From assembly GCF_902713615.1 (NCBI RefSeq), contig NC_052149.1:180409126-180473125 (forward strand): 64,000 bases of DNA. Direction: 5' to 3'. The stretch comes from Scyliorhinus canicula. Lineage: Eukaryota. Below, one piece after another: positions 1 to 12,359 of the stretch (position 1 is the first letter of the stretch; every line of letters begins with the position of its first letter). The notes under the pieces are model-generated. The model was not told where the DNA came from and ran no database searches. It saw only the letters and a list, made by a program, of their open reading frames with translations. The position numbers and the translations under genes were made by a program.

Positions 1-314
1 GGCGGCATGGTAGCACAGGGGTTAGCACATTGCTTCACAGTTCTCGGGTGCAAGGTTCGATTCCTGGCTTGGGTCGCTGTCTATGTGGAGTTTGCATTTT
101 CTCCCCGTGTCTGCGTGGGAAACCGCGTGCTCCTTCCACAGCCCAAAGATGTGCAGGGTCGGTGGATTGGCCATGATAAAGTGCCCTTCGTGTCCCAAAA
201 ATGTTAAGTTGGTTACAGGGGTGGGGCGGAGGTGTGGACGTACGGTGCTCTTTCCAAATGCCGGTGAAGACTTGATGGGCCCAATGGCCTCCTTCTGCAC
301 CGCATATTCTATGA
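1..314 (+). mobile_element. HE1/V-type tRNA-derived SINE with CR1(HER1)-type 3' tail
   Basis: tRNA-like head (tggtagcacaggggttagc ... ggttcgattcc), central domain gtggagtttgca...ctccccgtgtctgcgtggg, tail atgggcccaatggcctccttctgcac...ttctatgat resembling CR1 3' ends in this window. Confidence 0.9.
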
Positions 315-366
315 TGCACACTTTCAGAAGTGTGTACCATCTACAAGATGCAGCAACTCACCAAAG

Positions 367-940
367 CAGCATGGTGGTCCAGTGGTTAGCACTACTGCCT
401 ACGGCACTGAGGACCCGGGTTCGATCCTGGCCCAGGGTCACTGTCTGTGTGGAGTTTGCACATTCTCCCTGTTTCTGCATGGGTTTCACACCCACAACCC
501 AAAGATTATCATAGAATTTACAGTTCAGAAGGAGGCCACTCGGCCCATCGAGTCTGAACCGGCTCTTGGAAAGAGCACCCTACCCGAGGTCAACACTTCC
601 ACCCTATCCCCATAACCTAGTAATCCCACCCAACACTAAGGGCAATTTTGGACACTAAGAGCAATTTATCCTGGCCAATCCACCTAACCTGCACATCTTT
701 GGACCGTGGGAGGAAACCGGAGCACCCGGAGGAAACCCTTGCACACACGTAGAGGATGTGCAGACTCCGCACAGACAGTGACCCAAGCTGGGAATCGAAC
801 CTGGGACCCTGGAGCTGTGAAGCAATTGTGCTATCCACAATGCTACCGTGCAGGTTAGGTGGATTGGCCAAACTAAATTGCCCATTAATTGGAAAAAACT
901 AATTGGGTACTCTAAATTTAAAAAAAAGTTTTTTAAAAAA
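367..940 (+). mobile_element. HE1-type SINE with short ttaattggaaaaa...ctctaaattt tail, containing a nested SINE
   Basis: Head at 367-430. Body breaks at cacaacccaaagat and resumes at caggttaggtgg (~851). A-rich end. Flanked by the ctcaccaaag duplication. Confidence 0.85.
508..851 (-). mobile_element. HE1-type SINE nested in another SINE
   Basis: Reverse complement closely resembles the copy at 51168-51516. Confidence 0.9.
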
Positions 941-1317
941 GCTCACCAAAGTTGCTTCAATAGCACCTTCTAAACTCATGTCATTTATCACCTGGAAGGA
1001 CAAGGGCAGCAGACACATGACTACATCAGCACATGCAAGTTCCTCTCAAAAGCACTCACCATCTTGAAATGGAACTATATCACTATATCTTCACTGTCAC
1101 GGAGTTAAAAACCTGGAAAATCCTTCCTAAAGGCATTGTGGGTGTATCTATACCACATGGACTTCAACGGTTCATGAATGCAGAGCATCACCATCCTCTC
1201 AAGGACTATTAAGAATAGGCAATAAATGCTGGCCGAGCCAGCAATACTTATATCTCATGAAAGAGTATTTACAAAATCCTCCAAAATACCACCAGAATTC
1301 AAGGAAGGAATAGAGTG

Positions 1318-1431
1318 GAGTGAATTCTCCACATCCCGAGCTGGCTGGCCAATGGGATTTTCCATTTGTGGTCACCCGACACCATCGGGAAACTCGCAGG
1401 CGGGGCTGGCGGAAGAACGGAGAATCCCGCC
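1318..1431. mobile_element. Short Harbinger-type MITE
   Basis: Terminal inverted repeats gaattctcc ... ggagaatcccgcc. Confidence 0.65.
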
Positions 1432-2100
1432 AGTGGGGAATAGTGGTACCGACTCCTGTGCCCATACTGTATCCAGTTTTAGTTCACTTTAACAATTCTA
1501 CATCAACACTTTTGTTAATCTGACTAGTTCTGGTTACAGTTCGTCACTACATGTCTTTAGGCAATTTGAGACAGATTTCGTGTTTTTGTACTGCTTCAAA
1601 CATCTTCAGAAGGAGGCAACAAATAACAGCAATTACTCAAGCTCTGAATGAGCATCTTAACATTTAGCTCATAGATATGACATTGAAAATGCTTCCAATC
1701 TCTTTAACACCACCACACATTAGTTGAGAGGCTTAAGTTCTGCTTAAAGTCCTTAGATGTTGGATTATTTATAACAATAAATATGGAAAGTTATTTAGTA
1801 CATTTATTTTACAGAACAAATAAAGTGACAGCACAAGTGTACATGATTAGAAACTGACTTGTGCCAAGCAGCTTACTTCCCACTGATTCAAATAATGCAC
1901 AAAATAGTTTGTGTTGCCCAAATCTGACTAATTGCTTCTACGTACACAGGTCTAGCATCAGCATTACTTAAAATAGATAAGTGTACTTTCTCCAAAATAT
2001 TAAGTTCACCTACATTATCTGTTTACCATTAAAGTAGGACATTGACTTTCAATTAGCACACCATGTGATTGTCCAACGAGAAACAAATGCAGGAACATGC

Positions 2101-2679
2101 GGCGGGATTCTCCAATTTCCGATGCTGAAATCGCGTTCAGCGATGGGCCTGAGAATCCGTTTTTACGCCAAAATCAGGGACGGCGCCATTTTTCAGATGC
2201 TCCGGCCCCTCAAATACAGCGTACTCGAGGAGTATGCCGCACGCTGTTGGGATGGCCTCAGGACGTCACCCGATGCCCTCCCCGGAGGCTCCGCCCCTGA
2301 TGGGCCAACTTCCCGGTGGCGTCGGTCGTGTGCCTTCGCAATTTTCAGGGACCTCACAGTCAGGGGTGGGGGGGGGGGGGAGAGCCATTCAGCTGGCAGA
2401 GACTGGGGGACTGGTGGGGGGTGGTCCGGGGGTGGCAAGAGGGGGTTACAGGGGGGCACTCCCTGGCAGGCCGGGACTGCGTACGGCCGCTGCCATGCGC
2501 ATGGGTGGCGACGGACCCGGTCATTCTGCGTCCGTATTTGTGGGTAAAGACTGGCCGTTATGTGGCTCAGCTGCTAGCCCCCACCGGGTGGATCATCGGT
2601 GCGGGGGCGCCGCCGTCTTTTTGATCGTAAGACTAGCCGCTTCCTCCGGACTTAGCAGCAAAACTGGAGAAACCAGCCC
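2101..2679. mobile_element. GC-rich non-autonomous Harbinger-type element (MITE)
   Basis: TIRs ggcgggattctcc ... ggagaaaccagccc. Internal similarity to 35716-36320 and 53682-54319. Confidence 0.8.
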
Positions 2680-3629
2680 AGGGTTTCCATTCAATTTACA
2701 AAATGACCAATGTGCTATTATCAGCCTAGTCAGTCTAATCTATCAGTCTCGACTCAATTGTGGAACATTTTCCACTGAGTTGGTTGGTTCAAATTCAACC
2801 CCTCATAGTTCTTTACATTTTGAAGTACAGATTGAAAAGGCAGTTAAAAATTTAAATGTGAATCTTCAGCTTTATGACAGAGGTGAGAAATCTAAAACCA
2901 AAATCCTTTTCATTGGTGCAAGACATTGGGCATGATTCCACCACCGAGTTGTACCCGGTACGGATCTGGGCACACTGGTTAAATAACAGAAAAGACCTAA
3001 ATTAAGATTTGCGCTGGGCGCAAAACAGTTTGCAATTTACCTGGCCCACTCCCAGCAGCGAGTTCCGGATCTCAACCAAAAATGGTGAGCATATCATTAG
3101 CCCTCATTTGTATTAATTTCAATCTCATTCACGAGATTGAAATCGAATGCAATGGCTTCCCGGGAATTAACAAAGTCCCAGCGAGAAATCACGTGGGCAT
3201 TTTTTAATGTTCCTTTTTAAAAATAGAAATTTGGCACAATGGCAACTGAGGGGAAGCAAGTAGCCATTTCCATTTTGCAACATGCAGCTCAAGGGCACCG
3301 GAGCTTCTCGCCCAACGCTCAGGGGAGGACCTCTCAGGGGGCTTTGGTTGGTCTTGGGGCTGAAGCTTTCTAGATGGGGCGTCTCTCCTTGAGCAGGAGG
3401 ATGAGGTGCTTTGCATGTGTGAAGCCTTCAGGCCATCTTTAAATATTGTGGAGACTAATAACAGGGCCAACCTGTCTGTCCAACCAAACACATCCAGGGC
3501 AGAGCCCCATTCTTGGTTCTGTACTGAAAGTCACTTTAACTCCCATTAACTGTAAGTAGCCTTTAGCTGTGCAGCTGAAGGCTATTGCTATTCGGGAATT
3601 GGCATTGTTAGTTATGTGAGCACTCCGGA

Positions 3630-5100
3630 GGCGGGATTCTCCGATCCCCCGTCGGGTCAGAGAATCCCCGGGGGGCGACGCGAATCCCGCCCCGCCGCTC
3701 CGCGCCGGCTGCCATATTCTCCGCCGCCGGTTTTCGGCAAGGGCGGGGATCAGGTCACGCCGGTCGGGGGCTGTTGGCAGCGCCCCCACCGGCAATTCTC
3801 CCAGCCCCGATGGGCCGAGCGGCCGTCGGCTTCTGGCCAGTCCTGCCGACGTGGATTGGACATAGACCCACACAGCGGGACCTGGCTGGTAAGCCGGCTG
3901 GTGCGGTCCTCGGGGGGCTGTTGTGCGTTTATCTCTACTGCTTGGTCTTTTCTGTGGCTCTGTTCTAATTAGGGCAATCAGTGGATTTGCCTTCTTTCTA
4001 TATTGTCTATGTCCGAATGCTTAGAGTCGCCAGGTATCGAATGATACCACCACAAGTTTCAACCGGCTATCGATCAAAGAGCCAAACACCAGTGAGTTAG
4101 TCTAGGGTCTAGGGTATTTTATTTACAGACAATCAATCATGCAACATAAACGCTACTTGTTAACTACACCTATTACTAAGATAACCTGTACTTAACATCA
4201 GGCACCCAGTTTAGGTCAGGAAACAGTGGCCTCTGCTCAATTCTAGATCTCTTGGGTTCGAAGTGGTAACTGCTGCTCAGCTGGGCTCATTCGTCTGGTA
4301 GTGGGTGTTGAACTCAAACTTGCTTCTGTTGTTGCTGCAGTTGGCAATGGCCATGACCGGGGTACCAAGGACAGAAGGCAGCGATCATATGGCGAACTCT
4401 TCCTTTATACTTGGGGGCTTTCACGCTCTTTTGGGCAGTCCTTCGATTTGGGCCTTACTAATTGGGTGATCCCTGATCACTCAGTTCGATTCCTTAGCCA
4501 ATAAGTGGGCAGGGATCTGGGCAACTGGGCATGTCTCAAGCGGTCCTTGACCCTGTTGTTTGTGTTTCCCTTGGACAGGGAGTGGCGCCGAAATGTCTGG
4601 GACTGTCCCGGTTGCTGGAGTACCAGTCCTTTGTGTTGGGGGAGATGGGCCATCACCTGCTAATCGGCCTGATTAACATGCTACTGGGATGGGGTTTCAA
4701 TACCGCCTGGACTTTGCTGACAAATATGCATTTCAGGCTCTGAACCTGCCTGACTCTTGGCTTGTCCATTTTACCCATCAGTCTTTGCAAGTTGTTCTGT
4801 ACTTAGTTGGAAGTGGCCATCCCAGATGGTGCGTTGAGGGTACTCCTTCCTTCTGCGCCGGCCCCTGTAGTGCTCCGCTGTGGCCGGCATGGAGAAGGCA
4901 CCCCCCTGCGCATGCGCCAGAATACGCTGGCCGGTCTGCGCATGCACTAAACCACGCCGGCGGTTCTGCGCATGCGCTAACTAGCACAGTTCCTTCGCCG
5001 CCAGCTGGCTCAGCGCCAACCCCTCCGCCGCTGGCCTAGCCCTGGACGTGCGGAGAATTCTGCAACTTCCAGTTGGCCCGAAGCCGGAGTAGTTCGCGTC
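3630..5100. mobile_element. GC-rich MITE split by a solo LTR, right TIR lost
   Basis: Starts ggcgggattctccgatcccc. GC-rich body continues at 4830-5100 with gcgcatgcgc motifs as in 14655-15378. Confidence 0.7.
3919..4829 (-). mobile_element. Solo LTR related to the LTR at 32287-33157
   Basis: Shares gagtcgccaggtatc-N4-gatacc and terminal gtggccatcccagatgg with 6982-7906 and, in reverse, with 32287-33157. Confidence 0.8.
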
Positions 5101-5370
5101 GTTGATCGAAATGAACAACTTGATGAAAGTGTTGAAGAAATGGTTTTACAGATTGTTGGTGAATTTATTGTGAGTGTGGTGAGCGCTACATGTCGACTAG
5201 CATGTTTCCATGAGTCAAACATGCTGGACATCGACGCTGTTTAACTATACCTTGCATACCCAGTGGAACACGTGGTTACTGAGCTTTGGTTCAGACAGAA
5301 TTAGGTTGTATAAGAAGGCCAGTACAACAGAGGCTCATGGACAGGGACTGATACACAAAACAACAATACA
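5101..5370 (+). pseudogene. TAF12: Processed TAF12 (TFIID subunit 12) pseudogene
   Basis: Manual translation VDRNEQLDESVEEMVLQIVGEFIVSVVSATCRLACFHESNMLDIDAV*LYL, frameshift, QWNTWLLSFGSDRIRLYKKASTTEAHGQ-GLIHKTT. This matches the recalled TAF12 sequence [39 protein letters not shown]...QWNMWIPGFGSEEIRPYKKACTTEAHKQRMALIRKTT. No introns; stop at 5242-5244. Confidence 0.9.
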
Positions 5371-5824
5371 GCAAGGATCCTCCATTCTGTTGAGGACATG
5401 CTTGGGGGAATATTTTGTACAAAATAACTTTTGTAGCTTTGTGTTTATGTCGATATTTTGTAGCAGGAAGGTACTTGTGTGTGTATGGCATGGTGCCTTT
5501 TCCTTGATTAATGGTCAGTGTGATTTATGGACTATTAAGTAGTTGTTTTTCATCTTTTTGTACAAAGGTACTGTTGACCCTTTGATGAAAAAAATATTTT
5601 CAACTTTCAAGTGGCTTCTCGAGGCCATGTCTCAGAGGATGATTAGTGCACAGCATTTCAATCAAACTTTGAAGCCTGATCTGTGTGCCTGAACTCTAAG
5701 AGCATAAGCACCATAGAGGAAGCTGCCAACAATCAAACACTAAAGAGCATGGCTTCAGAACTGTGGATCTTCTTGTCACCAAAGGGTAAGTGTGTGGGTC
5801 AGGGGAGGGCACCTGGGCACATAA

Positions 5825-6850
5825 ATACATAGAAGGTAGGAGCAGGAGGAGGCCTTTTGGCCCTTCGAGTTTGCTCCGCCATTTATCACGATCATGGCTG
5901 ATTATTCAACTCAATAGCCTAATCCTGCTTTCTCCCCATAGCTTTTGATCCCATTTGCCTCAAGTGCTATATCTAGCCGCTTTTTGAATATATTCAATAT
6001 TTTAGCATCAACTACATCCTGTGGTAATGAATTCCACAGGCTCACCACTCTTTGGGTGAAGAAATGTCTCCTCATCTCTGTCCGAAATGGTTTACCCTGA
6101 ATCCTCAGACTGTGACTCCTTGTTCTGGACACACCCATCATTGGTAACAACTTCTCTGCATCTACCCTGTCTAGTCCTGTCAGAATTTTCTAAGTCTCTA
6201 TGAGATCCCCCCTCATTCTTCTGAACTTCAGTGAGAACAATCCTAACCTCGTCAATCTCTCCTCATATGACAGTCTGATATCTCTCCTCATATGACAGTA
6301 ACGCCATCCCTGGAATCAGTCTGGTAAACCTTTGCTGTACTTCCTCGAGAGCAAGAACATCCTTCCTTGGAAAAGGAAACGAAAAATGCACACAATATTC
6401 TAGGTGTGGCCTCACCAAGACCCTCTGCAATTACAGCAACACATCCCTGCTTCTGAACTCAAAATCTCTCGCAATGAAGGCCAACATAAGAAGGCCTTCT
6501 TTACCATCTGCTGCACCTGCATGCTTACCTTCAGTGACTGGTGCATAAGGACACCCAGGTCCCGCTACACACTCCCGTCTCCCAATTTACAACCATTCAG
6601 GTAGTAATCTGCCTTCCTGTTTTGCTTCCAAAATGAATAATCTCACATTTATATAAATTTACTGCATCTGCCATTGATTTGCCCATTCACCCAACCTGTC
6701 ATGCTGGAACAAATCATGCTGTAAGATCTCTGCATCCTTGTCACAGTTCACCCTCCCATCAAATTTGGCATCATCTGCAAACTTTGAGATGTTACATTTT
6801 GTTCCCTCATCCAAATCATTAATATATTTTGTGAATAGCTTGAGATGCAT
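5825..6850 (-). mobile_element. CR1/HER1 LINE 3' fragment
   Basis: Motifs YINDLDEGTKCNISKFADD and RHFFTQRVVSLWNSLP. 3' tail near 5825. Confidence 0.92.
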
Positions 6851-6981
6851 AATATATATTTTGAATAGCTTGCTGTCACATTGCTGATGGAATCCAGGCG
6901 GGTAGATGATGGAGAAGGTGTCTGCCACGACAGCGCAGGCTGGAACGTGACACCCCATGTGCAGGGTGCCTCCACACACTG

Positions 6982-7906
6982 TGTTGCTCGTTCTGGGTGA
7001 GTGTGCTTAACACTCGATTTGGCTCTGTTTTGTTACTTAGCTCTGGAGTCGCCAGGTATCATTAAGATACTGCCACAAGTTTCAAGGTCAAGTTCAAAGC
7101 AACAAAACCATACACCAATTAGTAAGTTCAAACAACTGAGTTTATTATAATACAATTATATGCACACACTAAGATGATTAAACTATTCCTACCACTAAAT
7201 AAACCAATACTTATCTTTAAGGGAACTGCCGGATCAGGGGACAAGGCCTCTTGCTCTGCACTGGTCCGCAGACTTCAGGTTGGTATGGGTTCAAAAGGGG
7301 TCAGGAGTGTCTATCTCTGGTAGCGATCGTTGTGAGACACTTACTTGCTGGCGGCTGCTGTCCCAAACCTCTCCTCTCTCTCTATCAAGGTCTTCTTTGG
7401 TAAAAGCTGGTTGAGGGGCTGGTCCAGAGAGGAGGGCTGGTTAAGAAGAATGAACTGAGTTTGGGACCTGTCTTTTATAGGTCCTAGGGCTTCGCACCCT
7501 TTTGGGCGGACCCTTTACCTGCTGGGAATCGATTGGGTCTCTTCCCAATCGATTTGTTTGAATCCCCCCAATACTGAGGCTGTCTCTTGGCTACTGGGCG
7601 AGCCTTCAGGTGCTTTGTTTTCGAACCCCGCTGGTGCCGGGGTGTCTGGTTTCCCATACACTGTTGCAATCACTTCTCTATTTGTGTCCATTGTCCCTGG
7701 GATCGTTCCATTACTATGTTAACTATCCCGGAGATTGCCTTATTAGTATGCGGAATGTTCGTTTCGGTGCTGTCTGCTCTCTTAGCAGACAGAATACACA
7801 TTGGCTTGGTGCAGCCTGCTTGTGCTGCAAACATTGTCCATTTTAACCTGCAAGCTTTGCGTTCCTCCATTTTGTATTGAGGGAATGGCCAACTTCGATG
7901 GCTACA
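6982..7906 (-). mobile_element. Solo LTR (925 bp) with 4-bp target duplication
   Basis: TG...CA termini. ACTG duplicated at 6978-6981 and 7907-7910. Related to the 32287-33157 LTR. Confidence 0.88.
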
Positions 7907-7909
7907 ACT

Positions 7910-8940
7910 GTGAAGACCCAGCCACCGATCAGACGAAGGAAGAACCCAGATGGGGACGTCAGCGATGACCCACGTTGTACAGATGTTGTTGATCTTTTGA
8001 AGAGGTGACAGACAGCCTGTGTTGCAGTTAAGTCTGTCTCAACAAAGACGCAGTGCAACAGCTGTGCCACAAGCTCATGGACATGGCAACCCCATGGAGA
8101 AGGAGGACACCTGCTCCCGGTGACCGTGAAGGTTACCGCAGCCCTCAACATTTATGCAGCCGGGTCATTCCTGCGCTCGAGCAAGGACCTGTGCGGCATT
8201 TCATGAGCTACGCCTCAGAGGTGCATCCGGGAGATTATGAATTCCCTGTATGCCTGGATATCCAACTACATCACCTTCAACCAAGATGCCGGGCAGCAGG
8301 ATTTTCCGCCACCGCGGGATGGCCCAGGCCCATGGGGCAAATGAGGGCACTCATGTCATCTCACGTGCACTGGCACATCAGGGATGGCCCTTTATTAAGG
8401 GAAGGGATTCCACTCTTTGAATGTTCAGTTTGTGTGCAACCACCACCTCCATATCATACATGCCTGTGTGTGTTAGTTACCCAGGGAGCTACATCCTTTG
8501 GTACTTGGAGTTCCCCGGCGGCGTCAATGACCACCACACGATTGATGGGTTGGCTTTTGGGGGCAAGAGTTACCCGCTGAGTTCATGGCTGATGACGTTG
8601 GTGCAGGGACCTGAGACGGAGGCGGAGACCAGACATAATGAGGCCCATGCTGCCACCCATGTTGTCATTGAGTGGTGCATCAGACTGTTCAAAATGCGGT
8701 TACGATTCCTGGACTGCTCTGGTGGTACCCTGCACAACCTTGCTCTGCAACAGAGCAATGTACTGGATGAGGAGGAGGGACATGCAGCCTCATCTGAGGT
8801 GGAGGAGGAAGCAAACTAGGCGGGGCTGGAGCACGAGCTTCTGAGTAGCTGTAGGAGGAGCTGGAGGTTGGAGGACAGGCGGCGGCAAGGATCCGACGTG
8901 CCTGGAGGGTCAGGGACGCCCTCATCCACAAAGAATCTAA
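7910..8940 (+). pseudogene. Decayed Harbinger DDE transposase (HARBI1-like)
   Basis: Frameshifted pieces VTVKVTAALNIYAAGSF, GFHSLNVQFVCNHHLHI, GGKSYPLSSWLMT, ETRHNEAHAATHVVIEWCIRLFKMRLRFLDCSGGTLHNLAL, followed by an acidic tail. Confidence 0.85.
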
Positions 8941-9351
8941 TAGGATGAGACTGTGTCTGTCAGGGAGCGAAGAACAAAAGGGGGCAGGAGTGTAGGCAGG
9001 CCCGGTGTGAAGCTGAACCTGACAGAGGCTTCACATGTTTGAGGCGTGACATGTTTTTTTTAAGATAATTAATTGGGGATGTACTTTCAAATGTATACAA
9101 AAACAGAAAGTCTCAAAGAGCTATAACAAAGAAGAGTATAAAAAGATACCTAGCACTAATTATGCACATTCCCTCCTACCTCCACCTTTTTATCCAGTAT
9201 AACCGTCGCCCCCCCCCCCCCCCCTTCTCACTTAACAAAGTTTTAATTGTGAAAATTTGGCATTTCCATTTGCCCTAGCTACAGACAGAGATACCCTCTT
9301 ATCCCACCCCTATCCTGTGCCCACTAAGTGCTCCTAAATCTTTTAGATCAT

Positions 9352-11050
9352 TCATGGTCTACTGCTGCATGTAATTTCATTCACAGGATTCACATCAGAG
9401 TTGGAGGCAGCCTGCTGTTTTCCACGCCCTGTGGCCATTGATGTCCTCAGTCGCCTGATGCCCTTGGTCGCTGTCCATTGGAGAGCCTCAGGTGCCACCA
9501 TGCCATCCTGTTCTGCTTGTTGCCTTTGTTGGTAGAAGGAGATTTGGAAGAACTGAAGATCACTATAGTCTCTTTGGTGGCAGACCCTGGGCTGGCCTCC
9601 AGCACTTCCTCCTCTGTTACGATGCCCATAGAGCCATGGGGGTCTCCATGGGATGGAGGGGCAGCTGGAGTGAGCTCCAGAGGCCTCTGGATCATCTGGC
9701 ACTGCCAGTCATGGCGGCGCCCCGTTGTCTGCATCATGCTGTCGAAGCTCTTTGCGATGGTCCTCCGTTTCTGAGCCATACTCTGTAGTGCCTCAGCAAT
9801 GTCCACCTGCACCTGGGATGTATCCCTCAATGACTGGGACATGATGTTGAGGTCCTCAGCCATAGTCATCACAGACTAAGCCATGCCTTGGGCACCACCT
9901 CTCAAGACGCGGCCACCACTCTAGCAGTGTTGGCCTTGGTGACATGCATTGATAACACCACCTGCTGCACCTAAAGCCTTTGGGACTTCTCCAATCGGCT
10001 GTGCATCCCCTCCTTAATGGCAAGGCTGTGTCCAATCAACTGCATCAGCTCTGAGAGAATCTTGTCCAGAGGCTTGACATCTGACTGGGCTGCAGCTGAG
10101 TGTTGAGATCCAGCAGATCTCTGGTTGCTGCCTTTCTCAGATGTTCCTGCCTCCACCCGATGTGCTTCAGCAACTGTGTGATCCTCATCAGATTTTGCCC
10201 CCGAAGTCTGTCCACTAATGTTACCCACCGAGGTGTGTGCCGCTGCACTGGTGGAAGGTGGGGCCGACAGTGATGCCTCGATGGTGGTCTCCAATGAGCT
10301 CTCCTCCAAGATGATCTCTTGGGCGGTGGGGGAGTGGGTAAGACTCCCGGTGGCCCTGCTTCATTAGATGGAGATCCTGTGAGACAATGGTCATGTGGTC
10401 AGTGAGAAGGAAGGATTGTTTTGTCTGGCATGAACTACCTCACTTGAGACAGGTCATCTGGGTTGAAGGCAGTGGATCCTCACCTCCCTGGTTCAAGACA
10501 ACCTCGTTGTCAATGACTGCTCTCTCTTTGGTGAACCCTGCAATTCCCAGGGCCCTTTCCTCATAGGGGGCAAGGATTCAGATCTTGTGGACTCTGCCCC
10601 CCCCCCCCCCATCTTGGCCCCTTCCCACTTATTATGGGCTACCTTCTCCTGCGGGGACAATGAGCGGGCATTGGGAGCCACAAGCTTTATGGGTCAGTTG
10701 TGTTTATAGCAGGTGGCATGGCAGTCAATTGGAGGGGGGGGGGGTGGATGGGGAGATGGGTTGGGAATTTGAGGGGTGAAGACAGAACTGATGCCAGGAG
10801 AGAGGTGGTAACTTACCCATGCAGCTCGGTGGAGTTTCTTGGTTTTCTTCTGACATTGCATGGTGTTCCTCCTTGTCATGCTGCCCAAACTGGCAGCCGC
10901 TGCCACTGCCTGCCAGGCGGCATTGCTGGCCCTGCTGCTGGTCCACCAACCCTGTTGGGGAAACAGGGATGCCCCACCTTCCATTCGCAGTATGAGAAAC
11001 CTGGCCTGGTCGGCATCGCCAAAACAAGGAGCGGAACTGGGCGCTGCCAT
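9352..11050 (-). pseudogene. Decayed Harbinger Myb/SANT-domain gene, about three exons
   Basis: MAAPSSAPCFGDAD...AAWQAVAAAASLGSMTRRNTMQCQKK, donor near 10815, then EKVAHNKWEGAKMGGG and a low-complexity coiled-coil region. Convergent with the transposase. Confidence 0.78.
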
Positions 11051-12359
11051 GCTTGTGTGTTGTGTGGGAGTGAGTGGTGAGGGAGCCTTTAAAAGCAGCT
11101 CCCTCGTGTTCTGGTGAGAAGCAGCGGCGCGAGTCTGGAGAATCAGACGGCTAGACAGCCAATGGTGGCGAGAAACTTGTGGGCACATTTTCAGCACTAA
11201 GTGCCATTAAATACGGACCGCAATCTCACCAATCACACCCAAAATGACACTTAGAAATGTTTTCATTAAGTTATGCCCATTAGCTGATCACATCTGGAGC
11301 ATTTCATGGAATTCTCCCCCATCTTCTTCATCGCCTCCACAATCCCCTCTGACTCACCAATTATGAGATGGATAATAGAGATACAAAGATGGTATGGAGA
11401 ATGATTCACAAGAACGATGTTAGGAATAAAAGCTGACAGGTTTGAAAAATGGCAGAGAAAATTTTCATTTTAACAATTTGTGGGGATTTTGAAAGGTTAA
11501 TAAGTGAAAGATTGGTTCAGTCAGCTGACAGATTGGTGACAAAGCAGCAGTAATTTTGCCTTTGTGAGAAAAAGAGAGTGAAAGTAGAAATCTTTTCACT
11601 TAGGGAGTGATTAAAAATCTTTTTCTACATGTGCCGATTCTTTCCTGTTTCCAACATGTGATTTAAAAATACAGCTTCTTCTGACACATCAGGCACCGTA
11701 TCTCTAATAAGATGCGTTTTTTGCAGTGCAGGGATGAATTCCATTCTTCACAATAGGCATTTATTTATTCAGTGATTTCCTCTCTCCAGTTATAGTTTAG
11801 CTTTGGAGAATAATTTAGCAAGGACACTTTGTAGACTGCTGAGAGTTTCCTTGAGCCTTCTGTCAATTTACATTTGTTTTCCCATCAAGCTGGTTTCTAA
11901 ATACTCCCTATTGCTGTTTAACAGCTTCAATCTGTCTTGCCTGTTGCCTTGCCCTCTCAAGTGTACGGTCAGGACCAAGCTGAAACCTTTCCAGCAGTCT
12001 TTCATTTTGCAGACCAGCTACAATGTAATCATGTTCTCAGTGGTTTGTTAACTGACACAAGGCTGCAACAAAATTGCCTGCAAATTCCATTTCTTGTTTT
12101 GTTTGCATAATCTTGACAAATATATTTCTTTGCATTCCAAGATGACTTACCTTGTTTTCCAAAATGCTCACGATTTAAATGAAGAGAGTGTAACTTCTGC
12201 ATTTCTGCTCTCAATTATCACCCTGTATCTTTTCAGGATTTTGTACAAATTGAAACCTCTTTTATCCTGTTCTTGTGAGTCAATCCACTGCTATTTCAAA
12301 CAGCCCTGTGCGCTTTTAGGGTGGCACGTGGGCTACATGGGCAGCTGAGGGACCCCACT

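Larger units (their letters stand above)
323..1265 (+). mobile_element. 3' end of old CR1-group LINE (same family as 50690-54760), interrupted by SINEs
   Basis: gtgtgtaccatctacaagatgcagcaactcaccaaag resumes at 942 and matches 54530-54755. It ends ggcaataaatgctggcc...catgaaag. The duplication ctcaccaaag flanks the SINE insertion. Confidence 0.8.
2928..11278. mobile_element. Fossil PIF/Harbinger DNA transposon with nested insertions
   Basis: TIRs gggcatgatt / aagttatgccc, 3-bp duplication ATT (2925-2927 and 11279-11281). Contains convergent decayed HARBI1-like transposase and Myb/SANT genes. Confidence 0.8.

Noticed and set aside
2065-2935. Long GC-rich ORFs (160 and 233 aa) and similar ORFs at 14636, 35629 and 58225
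   Set aside because: They run through stop-poor GC-rich MITEs and show no recognisable domains.
7910-8940. Domesticated host HARBI1 gene
   Set aside because: Multiple frameshifts and stops, enclosed by TIRs with a Myb partner, so it is a transposon fossil.
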